From a bacterium (GTDB lineage Bacteria; Bacteroidota; Bacteroidia; CAILMK01; JACPUW01): a stretch of 64,000 nt of DNA. The DNA is taken from assembly GCA_016124515.1 (NCBI GenBank), contig WGNN01000081.1, positions 153 to 64,152 of the forward strand, given 5' to 3'. A model generated the notes under the pieces. It ran no database searches and was not told the DNA's origin. It saw nothing but the letters and a program-made list of their open reading frames with translations. The position numbers and the translations under genes are program-made. Shown here piece by piece: positions 26,036-35,910 of the stretch; the first letter of the stretch is position 1, and each line of letters starts with the position of its first letter.

Positions 26036-26043
26036 TAGTTTTG
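26036..26043 (+). promoter_or_regulatory. Bacteroidota-type -7 promoter element (TAnnTTTG) for the cyd operon
   Basis: TAGTTTTG matches TAnnTTTG exactly. It lies ~25-60 nt upstream of the first candidate start codons of the small ORF/cydA. Confidence 0.4.
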
Positions 26044-26066
26044 ACCACTTCTTACAGAACAATATT

Positions 26067-26270
26067 TTGAAAAGGGTCTCACGATTGTTTATTATAGTAA
26101 TGGCAGGTATGCTGCTTTACAGCTTGCTAAAGCACAGCCTTTTTCTACTACCCTACTTTGCCGATGCCATGCCCCGCAAGGTTATAAGGGTGGGTTTAGT
26201 AATGATAGTGCTGGTGCTGGCCCTTTTGGTTTACAAACGAACAAATAATAATAGTAACAATGGACGTTGA
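26067..26270 (+). CDS. Small hydrophobic protein encoded immediately upstream of and overlapping cydA (cyd-associated accessory peptide candidate)
   Basis: 67 aa from TTG 26067, or 56 aa from ATG 26100. It has two predicted TM stretches (LFIIVMAGMLLYSLL; VGLVMIVLVLALLVY). Its stop overlaps the cydA start by 11 nt. Position and size recall the small membrane proteins (e.g. DUF4492 type) found upstream of cydAB in Bacteroidota, but sequence similarity was not verified. Confidence 0.4.
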   Translation: MKRVSRLFIIVMAGMLLYSLLKHSLFLLPYFADAMPRKVIRVGLVMIVLVLALLVYKRTNNNSNNGR

Positions 26271-27669
26271 ATTGCTCTCGCGATTGCAATTTGCCTTCAC
26301 TGCCATGTTTCACTACATCTTCCCTCCTTTTAGTATTGGAATAGGATTGCTGTTGGTGGTTTTTGAAGGCTTGCATTATTTTACCAAATTGGAGGTTTAC
26401 GAAAAAATTACCCGCTTTTGGATCAAAATTTTTGCGGCTACTTTTTCGGTGGGCGTAGCTTCGGGCATTGTACTCGAGTTTGAATTTGGCACCAACTGGG
26501 CTTCATACAGCCGTTTTGTGGGCGATGTATTTGGCTCGCCGCTGGCTGCTGAAGGTATTTTCGCTTTTTTTCTGGAGTCGGGTTTTCTGGCGGTTCTGCT
26601 TTTTGGCTGGAGCCGTGTATCGCGGGGCTTCCACTTGTTTTCTACCCTAATGGTTTTTGTAGGCAGCACGCTTTCAGCCTTTTGGATAGTGGTGGCCAAC
26701 AGTTGGCAACAAACCCCTGTAGCCTACCAAATTGTGGGCGAAGGTGTAGATGCCATGGCGCAGATTACGAGTTTTTGGGGAATGGTTTTCAACCCGAGCG
26801 CCATGGTGCGTTTCAGCCATGTGGTGGTGGGCTCCTTTTTGCAAGGTAGTTTTTTGGTACTCAGCGTTTCGGCTTTCTTCATCCTAAAGAGAAAATACGT
26901 TGAAACTGCTCAACGCTCTTTTTTGGTTGCACTTGCGGTGGCCACGGTTTTTTCGCTTTCGCAACTGGCGCTGGGCCACAAACACGCCGATGTGGTGGCC
27001 GAATACCAACCCGCTAAACTGGCCGCATTTGAAGGACTTTATGAATCGACGGCTGAAGCACCTATGTACGTACTCGGCTGGACCAACACGGAAACGCACA
27101 AAACCTACGGACTTAAAATTCCGGGCATGCTCTCTTATCTCATTGCCTTTGATACGCAACACAAAGTGCCGGGCTTGATGGAGTTTCCGCGCGAAGACTG
27201 GCCTAATGCGGGGGTTATTTTCCAAACCTACCACCTCATGGTGGCTATTGGTATGCTGTTTATCGGTCTCACACTGTTTGCTTCGTTCCTGCATTTCAAA
27301 AACGCTCTTTTCAAACAAAAGTGGTTGCTGCGCCTGTTTGCCTTTTCGGTGGTACTGCCCGTTGTAGCCAACGAAGCAGGCTGGGTTTCCGCCGAAATGG
27401 GAAGGCAACCCTGGACGGTTTACGGCCTGTTGCGCACCGCCGATAGTTTGTCAAAAGCGGTGGATGCTACTGAAGTAACCATATCGCTCATCATGTTTGC
27501 GGTAGTTTACCTCTTGCTGTTTTTGGTATGGATATATGTGATGGACAAGGAGATAAAACACGGCTACGGCGAACTGAAAGAAGGAAGCGCGCAATACCCC
27601 GAACGCGAGAAGTGGGTAGCTCGCATATTTGGTCTCAACAAACTAAATAACTCACACAATGGATTATAA
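26260..27669 (+). CDS. cydA: Cytochrome bd ubiquinol oxidase subunit I
   Basis: 469 aa. MDVELLSRLQFAFTAMFHYIFPPFSIGIGLLL... is the canonical CydA N-terminus. The protein is polytopic and followed by cydB. Confidence 0.92.
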   Translation: MDVELLSRLQFAFTAMFHYIFPPFSIGIGLLLVVFEGLHYFTKLEVYEKITRFWIKIFAATFSVGVASGIVLEFEFGTNWASYSRFVGDVFGSPLAAEGIFAFFLESGFLAVLLFGWSRVSRGFHLFSTLMVFVGSTLSAFWIVVANSWQQTPVAYQIVGEGVDAMAQITSFWGMVFNPSAMVRFSHVVVGSFLQGSFLVLSVSAFFILKRKYVETAQRSFLVALAVATVFSLSQLALGHKHADVVAEYQPAKLAAFEGLYESTAEAPMYVLGWTNTETHKTYGLKIPGMLSYLIAFDTQHKVPGLMEFPREDWPNAGVIFQTYHLMVAIGMLFIGLTLFASFLHFKNALFKQKWLLRLFAFSVVLPVVANEAGWVSAEMGRQPWTVYGLLRTADSLSKAVDATEVTISLIMFAVVYLLLFLVWIYVMDKEIKHGYGELKEGSAQYPEREKWVARIFGLNKLNNSHNGL

Positions 27670-28735
27670 TGTAATTTGGTATTTGCTGGTGGGCGTGCTG
27701 CTTATTGGTTACGCCATTTTAGATGGTTTTGATTTGGGCGTGGGTATTTTGCACTTGTTTGCCAAGGGCAATACCAACCGCCGCTTGATGATAAATGCCA
27801 TTGGCCCTGTGTGGGACGGCAACGAAGTATGGCTCATAACGGCAGGTGGTGCCTTGTTTGCCGCCTTTCCGCATGTTTATGCTACTTCATTTTCTGCTTT
27901 TTACCTGCCCTTTATGGCCCTGCTCTTTGCCCTTATTTTCAGGGCGGTAAGCATGGAGTTCAGAGGAAAAGAAGACAAAACCTGGTGGCGCAATATGTGG
28001 GATATCAGCTTTTTTGCGGGGTCCTTGTTGGCTTCACTGCTTTTTGGTGTGGCCATTGGCAATGTGGTGCTGGGTTTTGCAATTGGCGCCGACAAGGAAT
28101 TTACCGGTGGATTTTTTGACCTTTTAACTCCATATACGCTGCTTGCAGGGGCTTTTAGTGTGAGCATGTTTGCCCTGCATGGTGCTATTTACCTGAATCT
28201 GAAAACCGAAGGGGCGCTACAGGAAGCCGCCCGGAAATGGGCCAAAAACGCCTACATACTTTTTGTCTTGCTTTTCGCCTCAGTTACGGTTTATACCCTC
28301 GTGCTGAAACCCGAAATGATTGCCAACTTCTCTTTTGGCAAAGTGGCCGCCCCCTGGGAAACGCACCAATTGGTAAATGACCACCAAACCGCCATTTCTG
28401 TTTTCGCCTGGCTGGTGGTGGTTCTCAATGTGTTGTCTATATTGAATATTCCGCGTACGCTGGTAAAAGGCAAGGAGTTGCAGGCTTTTGTTTCGTCGGC
28501 GCTGAGCATTGGCGCTATAGTGGGACTTTTTGCCTTGGGTATTTTTCCTAATATGATGATATCGAGCACCGACCCTGCCTATAATTTGGATATTTACAAC
28601 AGTGCAAGTTCGCAAAGTACCTTGAAAACCATGTTTACCATCAGCCTGTTTGGCTTGCCCTTTGTGCTGGCCTATACCGGCATTATTTACTGGACCTATC
28701 GGGGCAAAGTAAAACTCACGGAGCATAGTTATTGA
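27659..28735 (+). CDS. cydB: Cytochrome bd ubiquinol oxidase subunit II
   Basis: 358 aa. MDYNVIWYLLVGVLLIGYAILDGFDLGVGIL...GPVWDGNEVWLI is the typical CydB pattern. It overlaps cydA by 11 nt. Confidence 0.92.
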   Translation: MDYNVIWYLLVGVLLIGYAILDGFDLGVGILHLFAKGNTNRRLMINAIGPVWDGNEVWLITAGGALFAAFPHVYATSFSAFYLPFMALLFALIFRAVSMEFRGKEDKTWWRNMWDISFFAGSLLASLLFGVAIGNVVLGFAIGADKEFTGGFFDLLTPYTLLAGAFSVSMFALHGAIYLNLKTEGALQEAARKWAKNAYILFVLLFASVTVYTLVLKPEMIANFSFGKVAAPWETHQLVNDHQTAISVFAWLVVVLNVLSILNIPRTLVKGKELQAFVSSALSIGAIVGLFALGIFPNMMISSTDPAYNLDIYNSASSQSTLKTMFTISLFGLPFVLAYTGIIYWTYRGKVKLTEHSY

Positions 28736-28760
28736 CTGTGGCACAATGCGATACAAAAAA

Positions 28761-28792
28761 TGCCCGCCGAAAATTATTCAGCGGGCATTTTT
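28761..28792. terminator. Bidirectional hairpin terminator between convergent cydB and the YceI-like gene
   Basis: Stem TGCCCGC (28761-28767) / GCGGGCA (28781-28787). It is flanked by an A-run upstream and a T-run downstream. Confidence 0.75.
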
Positions 28793-28875
28793 ATTTTATT
28801 AGACAAGCCTTTGTGCAGGCCATGCCAGAGTATTAATGGGATTTATTGACTTATACAACCACCCATTAACAAAAT

Positions 28876-29577
28876 CTACATGGCGTTTTCAGGACAGTCT
28901 TTTTTGAGAAAGCCTTTCACTACCACGCTCACATTTGGCCAAAGTACGCTTTTTTGACCCGGTGCCTCGCGGTGCAAGTCTTCACAAACCTTGTTGAGAG
29001 CAGCAATGGCATCAAGTCCGCCAAAGTTTGACATATCCACTTCGGTCATTAAACTGATGTGACCATCTTCTTTCATGGTGTAAGTTCCATCAATGGTCTG
29101 TTCCATATTGTTCATGGTCAGTTTCACTTTCACCTTTCCTTCAGCTTCGGTACCCGATACTTCCACTATTTCGCCGGTAATCATATCGGTGTTTGCCAAT
29201 TTTCCCCAAAAATGCTCCTTAATCTTGGCATCTCTGTCGTCGTTGTTGGTGTAAGTTGATGCCACGGGAATTCTGAATTCCATGCCGTTGAGTACCTCAG
29301 AGTAATCGCCGGATTGTACCATAGGATAAACTTCGTGCTGCTTAAACGAGCCGCCTACACCGGCTTTGCTTTCGTATTTATAAGCCGTCCAAGTTACCGC
29401 CGTGCTATCGTCCACGTAGGTGTACTTGCAGGTTTCGGGTTGGGCTTCTTCGTGTGTTGCCTCATGGTTCATTTCGTTTTCAGTACTTTCTTCTGAACCT
29501 TCTTTGTGGCTATTATTTCCGCAACTTGCCAAAAAAGCTATGGCGAATGCGCTGGCTAGGAAACTTTTGAATTGCAT
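28876..29577 (-). CDS. YceI-like lipoprotein
   Basis: The ORF extends to 29622. ATG 29577 gives the lipoprotein signal MQFKSFLASAFAIAFLASC. The pattern VTWTAYKYESKAGVGGSFK...IPVASTYTNNDDRDAKIKEHFW follows the YceI-like layout (..G.F.. then S..T.n..RD). Confidence 0.6.
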   Translation of the reverse strand: MQFKSFLASAFAIAFLASCGNNSHKEGSEESTENEMNHEATHEEAQPETCKYTYVDDSTAVTWTAYKYESKAGVGGSFKQHEVYPMVQSGDYSEVLNGMEFRIPVASTYTNNDDRDAKIKEHFWGKLANTDMITGEIVEVSGTEAEGKVKVKLTMNNMEQTIDGTYTMKEDGHISLMTEVDMSNFGGLDAIAALNKVCEDLHREAPGQKSVLWPNVSVVVKGFLKKDCPENAM

Positions 29578-29670
29578 ACTATTTGGTTTTTTTTGATATA
29601 CAAAACTACAGTTATAAACCAAGGCTCAAAATCTGATGGTTTAATATTGCATTTACCTTTCAAAAACAAC

Positions 29671-32187
29671 ATGTTGATTTCAAAGTTAAAACCAAGCAAA
29701 AGCCTTGTGGCAGTGGCACTTTTTACCGCATTTGCAGCTACTGTTGCCTTCCACATATTAAGATTTAATAATACCAACAGCGTAAGCGAAGAAGATGAGG
29801 AGCACGAAACACCCGGCACCAATCCGGGTTGGATAGAGCAATGGCGCACCATGAAAGGCCTTAAAGAAGGCGAAGAAATACCCATGGGCATGTACAGGCA
29901 ATGGCAAGCTGCCGACAACAAAGCGCGCAAGAAAAATGAAAGTACAGGCTTGTGCAATATAAAAGAAATAGGCCCCTACAATATTGGTGGACGCACCCGG
30001 GGCATACTCATTGACAAAGCCGACCCCAACCGCCTGCTTGCCTGTGGCATTTCGGGTGGCATTTGGGAAAGCACCAACCGCGGCAACAGTTGGAATCCAA
30101 TAAACGACAATGCCGCAACCCTCTCAGCCACAAGCATTACGCAAAGTCCTTTTGATTACAATATTATCTACTACGGCACAGGCGAAGTGGCAAGCAACAC
30201 CGCCGGAATTTCAGGCGAAGGTCTTTTTAAATCGACCGATGGTGGCGCTAGTTTTACGCAACTTGAATCGAGTATCATTACCCCTTTCAAAGGTATTTGG
30301 CGCGTAGAACACAGCTTGGTTGACTCCAACACTGTTTTTGTGGCTACATCAAACAACGGTTTGTACCGCACCACCACCGCCGGCGACACATTTGAACAAG
30401 TTTTCCAATCGGGTGTAGATGTGCACGATATAGAAGTAATGCCGGATGGCGGAGTATTTATTGCAGTTGAATCGCGCGGAGTTTTCTACTCTCCCAACGG
30501 CGAGCCCAATACTTTTACCGAAACAAAAAAAGGCTTGCCAAGCGGCGGTTTCAATCGGGTGGAACTTGCTTATTGCCAAGCATTTCCCAAGGTAATCTAC
30601 GCCTTGTTTGCCAAAGGAACCAATGGCTACAATGGCGCTTGTGTGGGTGTATGGAAAAGTTCTAATGGCGGCAAGACCTGGAACGAAGCGGGCAATCCCG
30701 GCAATACGGGCGAGAACTTTGGTTTTCCGTGGTACTGTTTGAGTATGGGCGTTGATCTTGCCGACACCAACCTTGTTGTGGTGGGTTCGGCAGGCTACAC
30801 TTACACCAAAAACGGCGGCCAAACGTGGCAACGCGGTCGCGACTCGCACGCCGACTACCATTGCTTTGCATTTTACCCCGATAGAAATGGTGTTTTTCTG
30901 GCCGGAAACGACGGTGGTATTTACGAATACAACTGGAGCACCATCTCGTTTCAATACAACGACAGAAACAACAACTACAACGTAACCCAATTTTATGCAG
31001 GCACCTTTGCCCCCGACTCGCTGGGTGTGCTGGCCGGTGCACAAGACAACAACAGTCTGTACGGTTTCCAAGGCAAGTCAAGCTTTAATGTAATATACGG
31101 TGGCGATGGTGGTTTTTGCCACATCAACCAACAACACCCTGATATTGCCTACGTTACCTCGCAAAATGGCAACATAAGAAAAACAGGAACGCTTAACATT
31201 GCTATTCCATCAACGGTGGGCGTAATGGGCGAAATGGATGCCAATTTTGACGGCACCATAGACGACGGCGCCTGGTTTGAAAACCCCTACGAAATGAGCT
31301 ACTACAACGGCGATTTGCTGTTTTTCCCCACTCGACGACGCTTGTGGTACACTTTTGACGGAGCTCAAAGCTGGTCGGTGCTTACCAACCTGCGGGTAAA
31401 CTTATACGCCGTGGGAATTCCACAAAACGACAATCCGAATAAGGTGTATGTGGGGGGCGACAACCTTTCGCTTTATAGAATCGACGACTTTTACAACGCG
31501 AGCCCGGGCGATGAAGTGAGCCTGAGCAGGTTTTTGCCAAATCAACTCAATGGCGGTTTTATAGCCTGCATTACCGTGCATCCGCGCAACGACGGCACCA
31601 TTTACCTGGCACTGAGCAACATGGCCAATGCGCCGCGGGTATGGCGTATAGACAGCGCACAAACCGACAAACCCGTTTGGACACCAATAAGCGGCGATTT
31701 GCCTAAAGGACTGCCTGCCAACTGGATAGAAGTAGATCCGTACCGCCCTGACGATTACCTGATAGTGGCAACCGACTTTGGCTTGTACACCACCAAAAAC
31801 GGTGGCGAAACCTGGTTAAAAGAAGAACGCATACCCAATGTGGCCATTCAAAATATAAGAATGCGCAAAACCGACCGCAAACTATTTGTTTACACCCACG
31901 GACGCGGCATTTTTGCAGCCAATATGAAAAAAATGGACGATCCGTTCTTTGCCGTAGAAGAAGTGAAAACCAATAAGTTGCACATTTACCCAAATCCGGT
32001 GGAGAACGAAATAAAAGTGGAGCTGGAAGGCACATTTACCTACCACATTTACAATACAAGCGGCCAACTGCTTATGCAGGGCAAAGGCAGCAACTTATTG
32101 ACAGTAGGCACTTTGCCCAAAGGCAACTACCAACTGGTGGTCATGCACAAAAATGCGCGGTACCAAAGTCAGTTTGTAAAGCTTTGA
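29671..32187 (+). CDS. BNR/Asp-box repeat beta-propeller protein (sortilin/GH74-like fold) with T9SS type-A CTD, copy A
   Basis: The ORF opens at 29572. ATG 29671 gives the signal/anchor MLISKLKPSKSLVAVALFTAFAATVAF. There are about 8 Asp-box-like motifs (WESTNRGNSW, FKSTDGGASF, WKSSNGGKTW, YTKNGGQTW, YTTKNGGETW...). The CTD is LHIYPNPVENEIKVEL...YQLVVMHKNARYQSQFVKL. Confidence 0.8.
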   Translation: MLISKLKPSKSLVAVALFTAFAATVAFHILRFNNTNSVSEEDEEHETPGTNPGWIEQWRTMKGLKEGEEIPMGMYRQWQAADNKARKKNESTGLCNIKEIGPYNIGGRTRGILIDKADPNRLLACGISGGIWESTNRGNSWNPINDNAATLSATSITQSPFDYNIIYYGTGEVASNTAGISGEGLFKSTDGGASFTQLESSIITPFKGIWRVEHSLVDSNTVFVATSNNGLYRTTTAGDTFEQVFQSGVDVHDIEVMPDGGVFIAVESRGVFYSPNGEPNTFTETKKGLPSGGFNRVELAYCQAFPKVIYALFAKGTNGYNGACVGVWKSSNGGKTWNEAGNPGNTGENFGFPWYCLSMGVDLADTNLVVVGSAGYTYTKNGGQTWQRGRDSHADYHCFAFYPDRNGVFLAGNDGGIYEYNWSTISFQYNDRNNNYNVTQFYAGTFAPDSLGVLAGAQDNNSLYGFQGKSSFNVIYGGDGGFCHINQQHPDIAYVTSQNGNIRKTGTLNIAIPSTVGVMGEMDANFDGTIDDGAWFENPYEMSYYNGDLLFFPTRRRLWYTFDGAQSWSVLTNLRVNLYAVGIPQNDNPNKVYVGGDNLSLYRIDDFYNASPGDEVSLSRFLPNQLNGGFIACITVHPRNDGTIYLALSNMANAPRVWRIDSAQTDKPVWTPISGDLPKGLPANWIEVDPYRPDDYLIVATDFGLYTTKNGGETWLKEERIPNVAIQNIRMRKTDRKLFVYTHGRGIFAANMKKMDDPFFAVEEVKTNKLHIYPNPVENEIKVELEGTFTYHIYNTSGQLLMQGKGSNLLTVGTLPKGNYQLVVMHKNARYQSQFVKL

Positions 32188-32272
32188 TGGCAAACCCGCC
32201 ACACCTTCTTACATTTCAAAATATTTCATTAATTGGCTATCATTGTGTTGCCTTCGCCTAAAGTGATTCCTC

Positions 32273-34738
32273 ATGAAAGCATATAGCATCTATATAACAG
32301 CACTTGTAGTGGCTTTGATTGCCGTTTCGTGCCAGTCAAAAAAACATAATGAAGCTACCGAAGAAGTAGTTTACCACCAAAATCCGGGCTATTATGAACA
32401 GTGGTTTACCATGAAAAAAAATGAAAACGGCGAAATACCTTCCGGACTTTATACCAAATGGTACAACTACGAAAAGAGCAAAGCCTATAAGCGAAAACCC
32501 AAAAGCGGACTGAGCAATGTGGTTGAAATAGGCCCTGCCAATGTAGGCGGACGCACCATGGATATTTTGGTGGATAGAGCAGACTACAACCGCGTAATTG
32601 CTGCATCAAATTCAGGTGGGCTTTGGCAGTCAAAAACCAATGGAGCGGGTTGGAAACCCATGAATGATTGGGCGAGCAACCTAACCACCACTTGCCTGGA
32701 GCAAAGCCCTTTTGAATACAATATCATTTACTACGGAACCGGCATTGCCGCAGGTGGCATTGGTGTTCCCGGCGAGGGCATTTTTAAATCAACCGACGGC
32801 GGCGATACATTTGAGCAACTGGATACCACCCTCAACTTTGGCAATATTTGGGATATAGAGCACTCACTAACCGACTCAAATACACTGTATGTGGCTACGG
32901 CAAGCAATGGCCTTTGGCGCACTACCGATGGCGGAAAAACCTTTGAAAAACTGCTGGGTATGAATGGTGTTTCAGACCTGGAAACCTTCCCCGACGGATC
33001 GGTGCTTGTAGCGGTTATATCCAACGGCATTTACCGCTCAGAAACCGGTGAAGCCAACACCTTTGAAAAAATAACAAAAGGCACACCTACAGGTGGTTAC
33101 AACCGTTTGGTATTTGATAAATGTGATGATTTTCCGAAGGTGGTTTTTGCCAATTTTACGGTAAATATTGATGGGGAAAACGGAAAAACCATAGGCGTAT
33201 GGAAAAGCAGCAATGGCGGAAAAACCTGGCATGCGGTTGACAATCCGTCAAACGGCACCAATGCAAGTTTTGCCCAACCTTGGTTTACGCTAGCCCTTGG
33301 GGTTGACCCACACGACAGCCAAAAAGTAGTAACCGGTTGCCGCGACTTTGTGTTTAGCACCAATGGCGGGCAAAGCTGGAAACGAGGAAATAACGGACAC
33401 CCCGACCACCATGTATATACCTTTCGCCGCGACCGCCCCGGCTATTTTTACCTGGGCTGCGACGGCGGAATATATGAATACAACTGGCAAACTATAGCCA
33501 CGCGCTACGTTGACAAAAACAATGGCTATAATGTGACCCAATTCTATGCAGGCTCGTTTATGCCCGACAGCTTGGGCACGCTGGGCGGTGCTCAAGACAA
33601 TGGCACCAACTATTCGCTTGACGGAAGAGAAAAATTTGTGAGCGCACTGGGTGGCGATGGTGCTTTTTGCCACATCCACCAAGGCCAACCAACTGTAGCC
33701 TATATGTCGTCGCAAAATGGCGCCATTGCAAAAACCACCCACCTCGATTATGATATTCCCACCTCTACAGGTATAATGAACCAATTGGACGGCGACCACA
33801 ACGGTCAGATTGACGATGGTGCCTGGTTTATCAACCCCTTTGAAATGAACTACTTAAATAGCGAAATGTTATTTTTCCCTACAAGGCGACGCATTTTTTT
33901 CAGCTACGATGGGGGTGGCAGTTGGTACCCGCTTACCGACTACAAAGTGAATTTATATGCGGTGGGAATTCCTAATAACCACGACCCCAAACGCATATAC
34001 TTTGGTGGCGATAACCTGGGTTTGTGGCGTATAGACGACCTGTATGCAGCCGAACCCGGCGATGAAGTAAGTATAACCAAAAGCCTTGGTTCTGACCTGA
34101 ATGGCGGTTTTATTTCAAGCATCACCGTGCATCCGCGAAACGATGGCATTTTATATATCACCTTGAGCAATTACTCGGGGCAGGCGCGTGTATGGCGAGT
34201 AGATGACGCGGATACTGACAAGCCCAAATGGAAAAGCATCAGCGGCGACCTGCCCAAACAGCTCCCCGCCAACTGGCTGGCAGTGGACCCTTACCGCCCC
34301 GATTCCTTTTTTATAATAGGCACCGACTTTGGTTTATATACCACACAAAACGGCGGACAAACCTGGGTAAAAGACGAGCAGTTTCCCAATGTGGTGGTTC
34401 AGCAAGTGCGTTTGCGCTACACCGACCGCAAATTGTTTGTTTATACACACGGAAGGGGCATTTTTACAGCCGACCTGAAGAAAATGAAAGATCCGTTTAT
34501 CGGGGTTCCGCCAAGCAATACCCTAGAGGTGAGCATATACCCCAACCCGGCAACTAATTTCCTGAAAATAAACAGTAGCGAATTGCTGCAATATGAAATC
34601 GCTGATTTATCGGGCAAAACCATCATGCGTGGAAACACCCAAGGAACAATTGATATACAACAACTTAGCAAAGGTAAATATATCATAAATCTGCAAAATA
34701 ACCTCCAATCCGGCAGCTATAAATTTGTGAAAGATTAG
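32273..34738 (+). CDS. BNR/Asp-box repeat beta-propeller protein with T9SS type-A CTD, copy B (tandem paralogue)
   Basis: 821 aa and collinear with copy A (NPGYYEQWFTMK.. vs NPGWIEQWRTMK..; FFPTRRR; KLFVYTHGRGIF in both). It has a lipoprotein-type signal MKAYSIYITALVVALIAVSC. The CTD is VSIYPNPATNFLKIN...YIINLQNNLQSGSYKFVKD. Confidence 0.8.
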   Translation: MKAYSIYITALVVALIAVSCQSKKHNEATEEVVYHQNPGYYEQWFTMKKNENGEIPSGLYTKWYNYEKSKAYKRKPKSGLSNVVEIGPANVGGRTMDILVDRADYNRVIAASNSGGLWQSKTNGAGWKPMNDWASNLTTTCLEQSPFEYNIIYYGTGIAAGGIGVPGEGIFKSTDGGDTFEQLDTTLNFGNIWDIEHSLTDSNTLYVATASNGLWRTTDGGKTFEKLLGMNGVSDLETFPDGSVLVAVISNGIYRSETGEANTFEKITKGTPTGGYNRLVFDKCDDFPKVVFANFTVNIDGENGKTIGVWKSSNGGKTWHAVDNPSNGTNASFAQPWFTLALGVDPHDSQKVVTGCRDFVFSTNGGQSWKRGNNGHPDHHVYTFRRDRPGYFYLGCDGGIYEYNWQTIATRYVDKNNGYNVTQFYAGSFMPDSLGTLGGAQDNGTNYSLDGREKFVSALGGDGAFCHIHQGQPTVAYMSSQNGAIAKTTHLDYDIPTSTGIMNQLDGDHNGQIDDGAWFINPFEMNYLNSEMLFFPTRRRIFFSYDGGGSWYPLTDYKVNLYAVGIPNNHDPKRIYFGGDNLGLWRIDDLYAAEPGDEVSITKSLGSDLNGGFISSITVHPRNDGILYITLSNYSGQARVWRVDDADTDKPKWKSISGDLPKQLPANWLAVDPYRPDSFFIIGTDFGLYTTQNGGQTWVKDEQFPNVVVQQVRLRYTDRKLFVYTHGRGIFTADLKKMKDPFIGVPPSNTLEVSIYPNPATNFLKINSSELLQYEIADLSGKTIMRGNTQGTIDIQQLSKGKYIINLQNNLQSGSYKFVKD

Positions 34739-35031
34739 GTTAATGCTCTTTTTTATTTCATTTTTCATAACTGCCAAAGGTTTATTCTGAATAAAAACTC
34801 TGTTTTGAAACGGAGAAAAAACTTCATAGGTGAATTAAACCTTTTGGCTGTTTTGGCATTAAGTTACCGTGTCAAAAATATTGATTTAGAACCTTAGCTC
34901 CATCAACAATCTGGTTTTGGTGCAGCCAAACAGACACTTATTAACTGTGTATATTACCATTATAATAGAAAAATAGATCGTGAATAAATCAAATGCAGTT
35001 TGTAATATCCATAAAAACAAATGGCAAATAA

Positions 35032-35910
35032 ATGGAGTTTGGCAAAGCAGAACATATTGATTCAGTTGACTTTAGCTTACCGCCGGCACACACTGATTGT
35101 GCGCAGGTATTGCCGGGATTCAAATCCAAAACACCGGAAGTGTACGTAGGTGGCACGCGATGGGGAGTAAAAGAGTGGAAAGGAACCTATTACCCTGAAA
35201 AAGCGCGTACCGAAAACTACCTTGGCCACTACAGCCAACTATTCAATGCCATTGAACTCAATGCTACTCATTATAATACATTTAGCGAAAATACACTCAG
35301 AAGGTGGACCGAACAGGTTGGCACAGATTTCAGGTTTTACCCAAAAATGCACCAAGTAGTCAGCCATCGACTGAGGTTGAAGAAGGCTTTGAAGCAAACC
35401 GAAAAATTCATTGAGCAAGTGGATAATTTGGGTCAGAATAGGGGCACTATATTGCTACAACTTCCCGACAATTATCATTATGAAAATTTTGAATCATTTG
35501 AAGAATACTTACGGCAATTCCCAAGAAAATATGCCTTGGCGGTAGAACTGCGTGGTGAAAATTGGCTCAATGACCGTTTGTTTTATCTTTTGCAGGAACT
35601 TGATTTGAGTCTTGTAATAACCGATACAGCAGGCAAGCGCACCTTGCTTCACAACCGACTTTGCAATAAGGAAGTATTTATACGATTTGTTGGCAACAAC
35701 CTGCATCACAGCGACTTTGAACGCATTGATGCCTGGACCAACTTGTTGCTTGATTGGGTGAATTCCGGCTTAGAAAAAATAGGGTTTTTTATACACCAAT
35801 CCAACGAGCTGCATACTCCTGAACTTGCGGCCTATGTGGCAGCGAAGTTCAACGAAGCATTTGGTACCAAGCTACCTATTCCCCAAAAAAATAACTTATT
35901 CAACTTATAA
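35032..35910 (+). CDS. DUF72 (UPF0759) family protein
   Basis: 292 aa. The pattern VYVGGTRWGVKEWKGTYYP...YLGHYSQLFNAIELNATHY is typical of DUF72. Confidence 0.8.
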   Translation: MEFGKAEHIDSVDFSLPPAHTDCAQVLPGFKSKTPEVYVGGTRWGVKEWKGTYYPEKARTENYLGHYSQLFNAIELNATHYNTFSENTLRRWTEQVGTDFRFYPKMHQVVSHRLRLKKALKQTEKFIEQVDNLGQNRGTILLQLPDNYHYENFESFEEYLRQFPRKYALAVELRGENWLNDRLFYLLQELDLSLVITDTAGKRTLLHNRLCNKEVFIRFVGNNLHHSDFERIDAWTNLLLDWVNSGLEKIGFFIHQSNELHTPELAAYVAAKFNEAFGTKLPIPQKNNLFNL

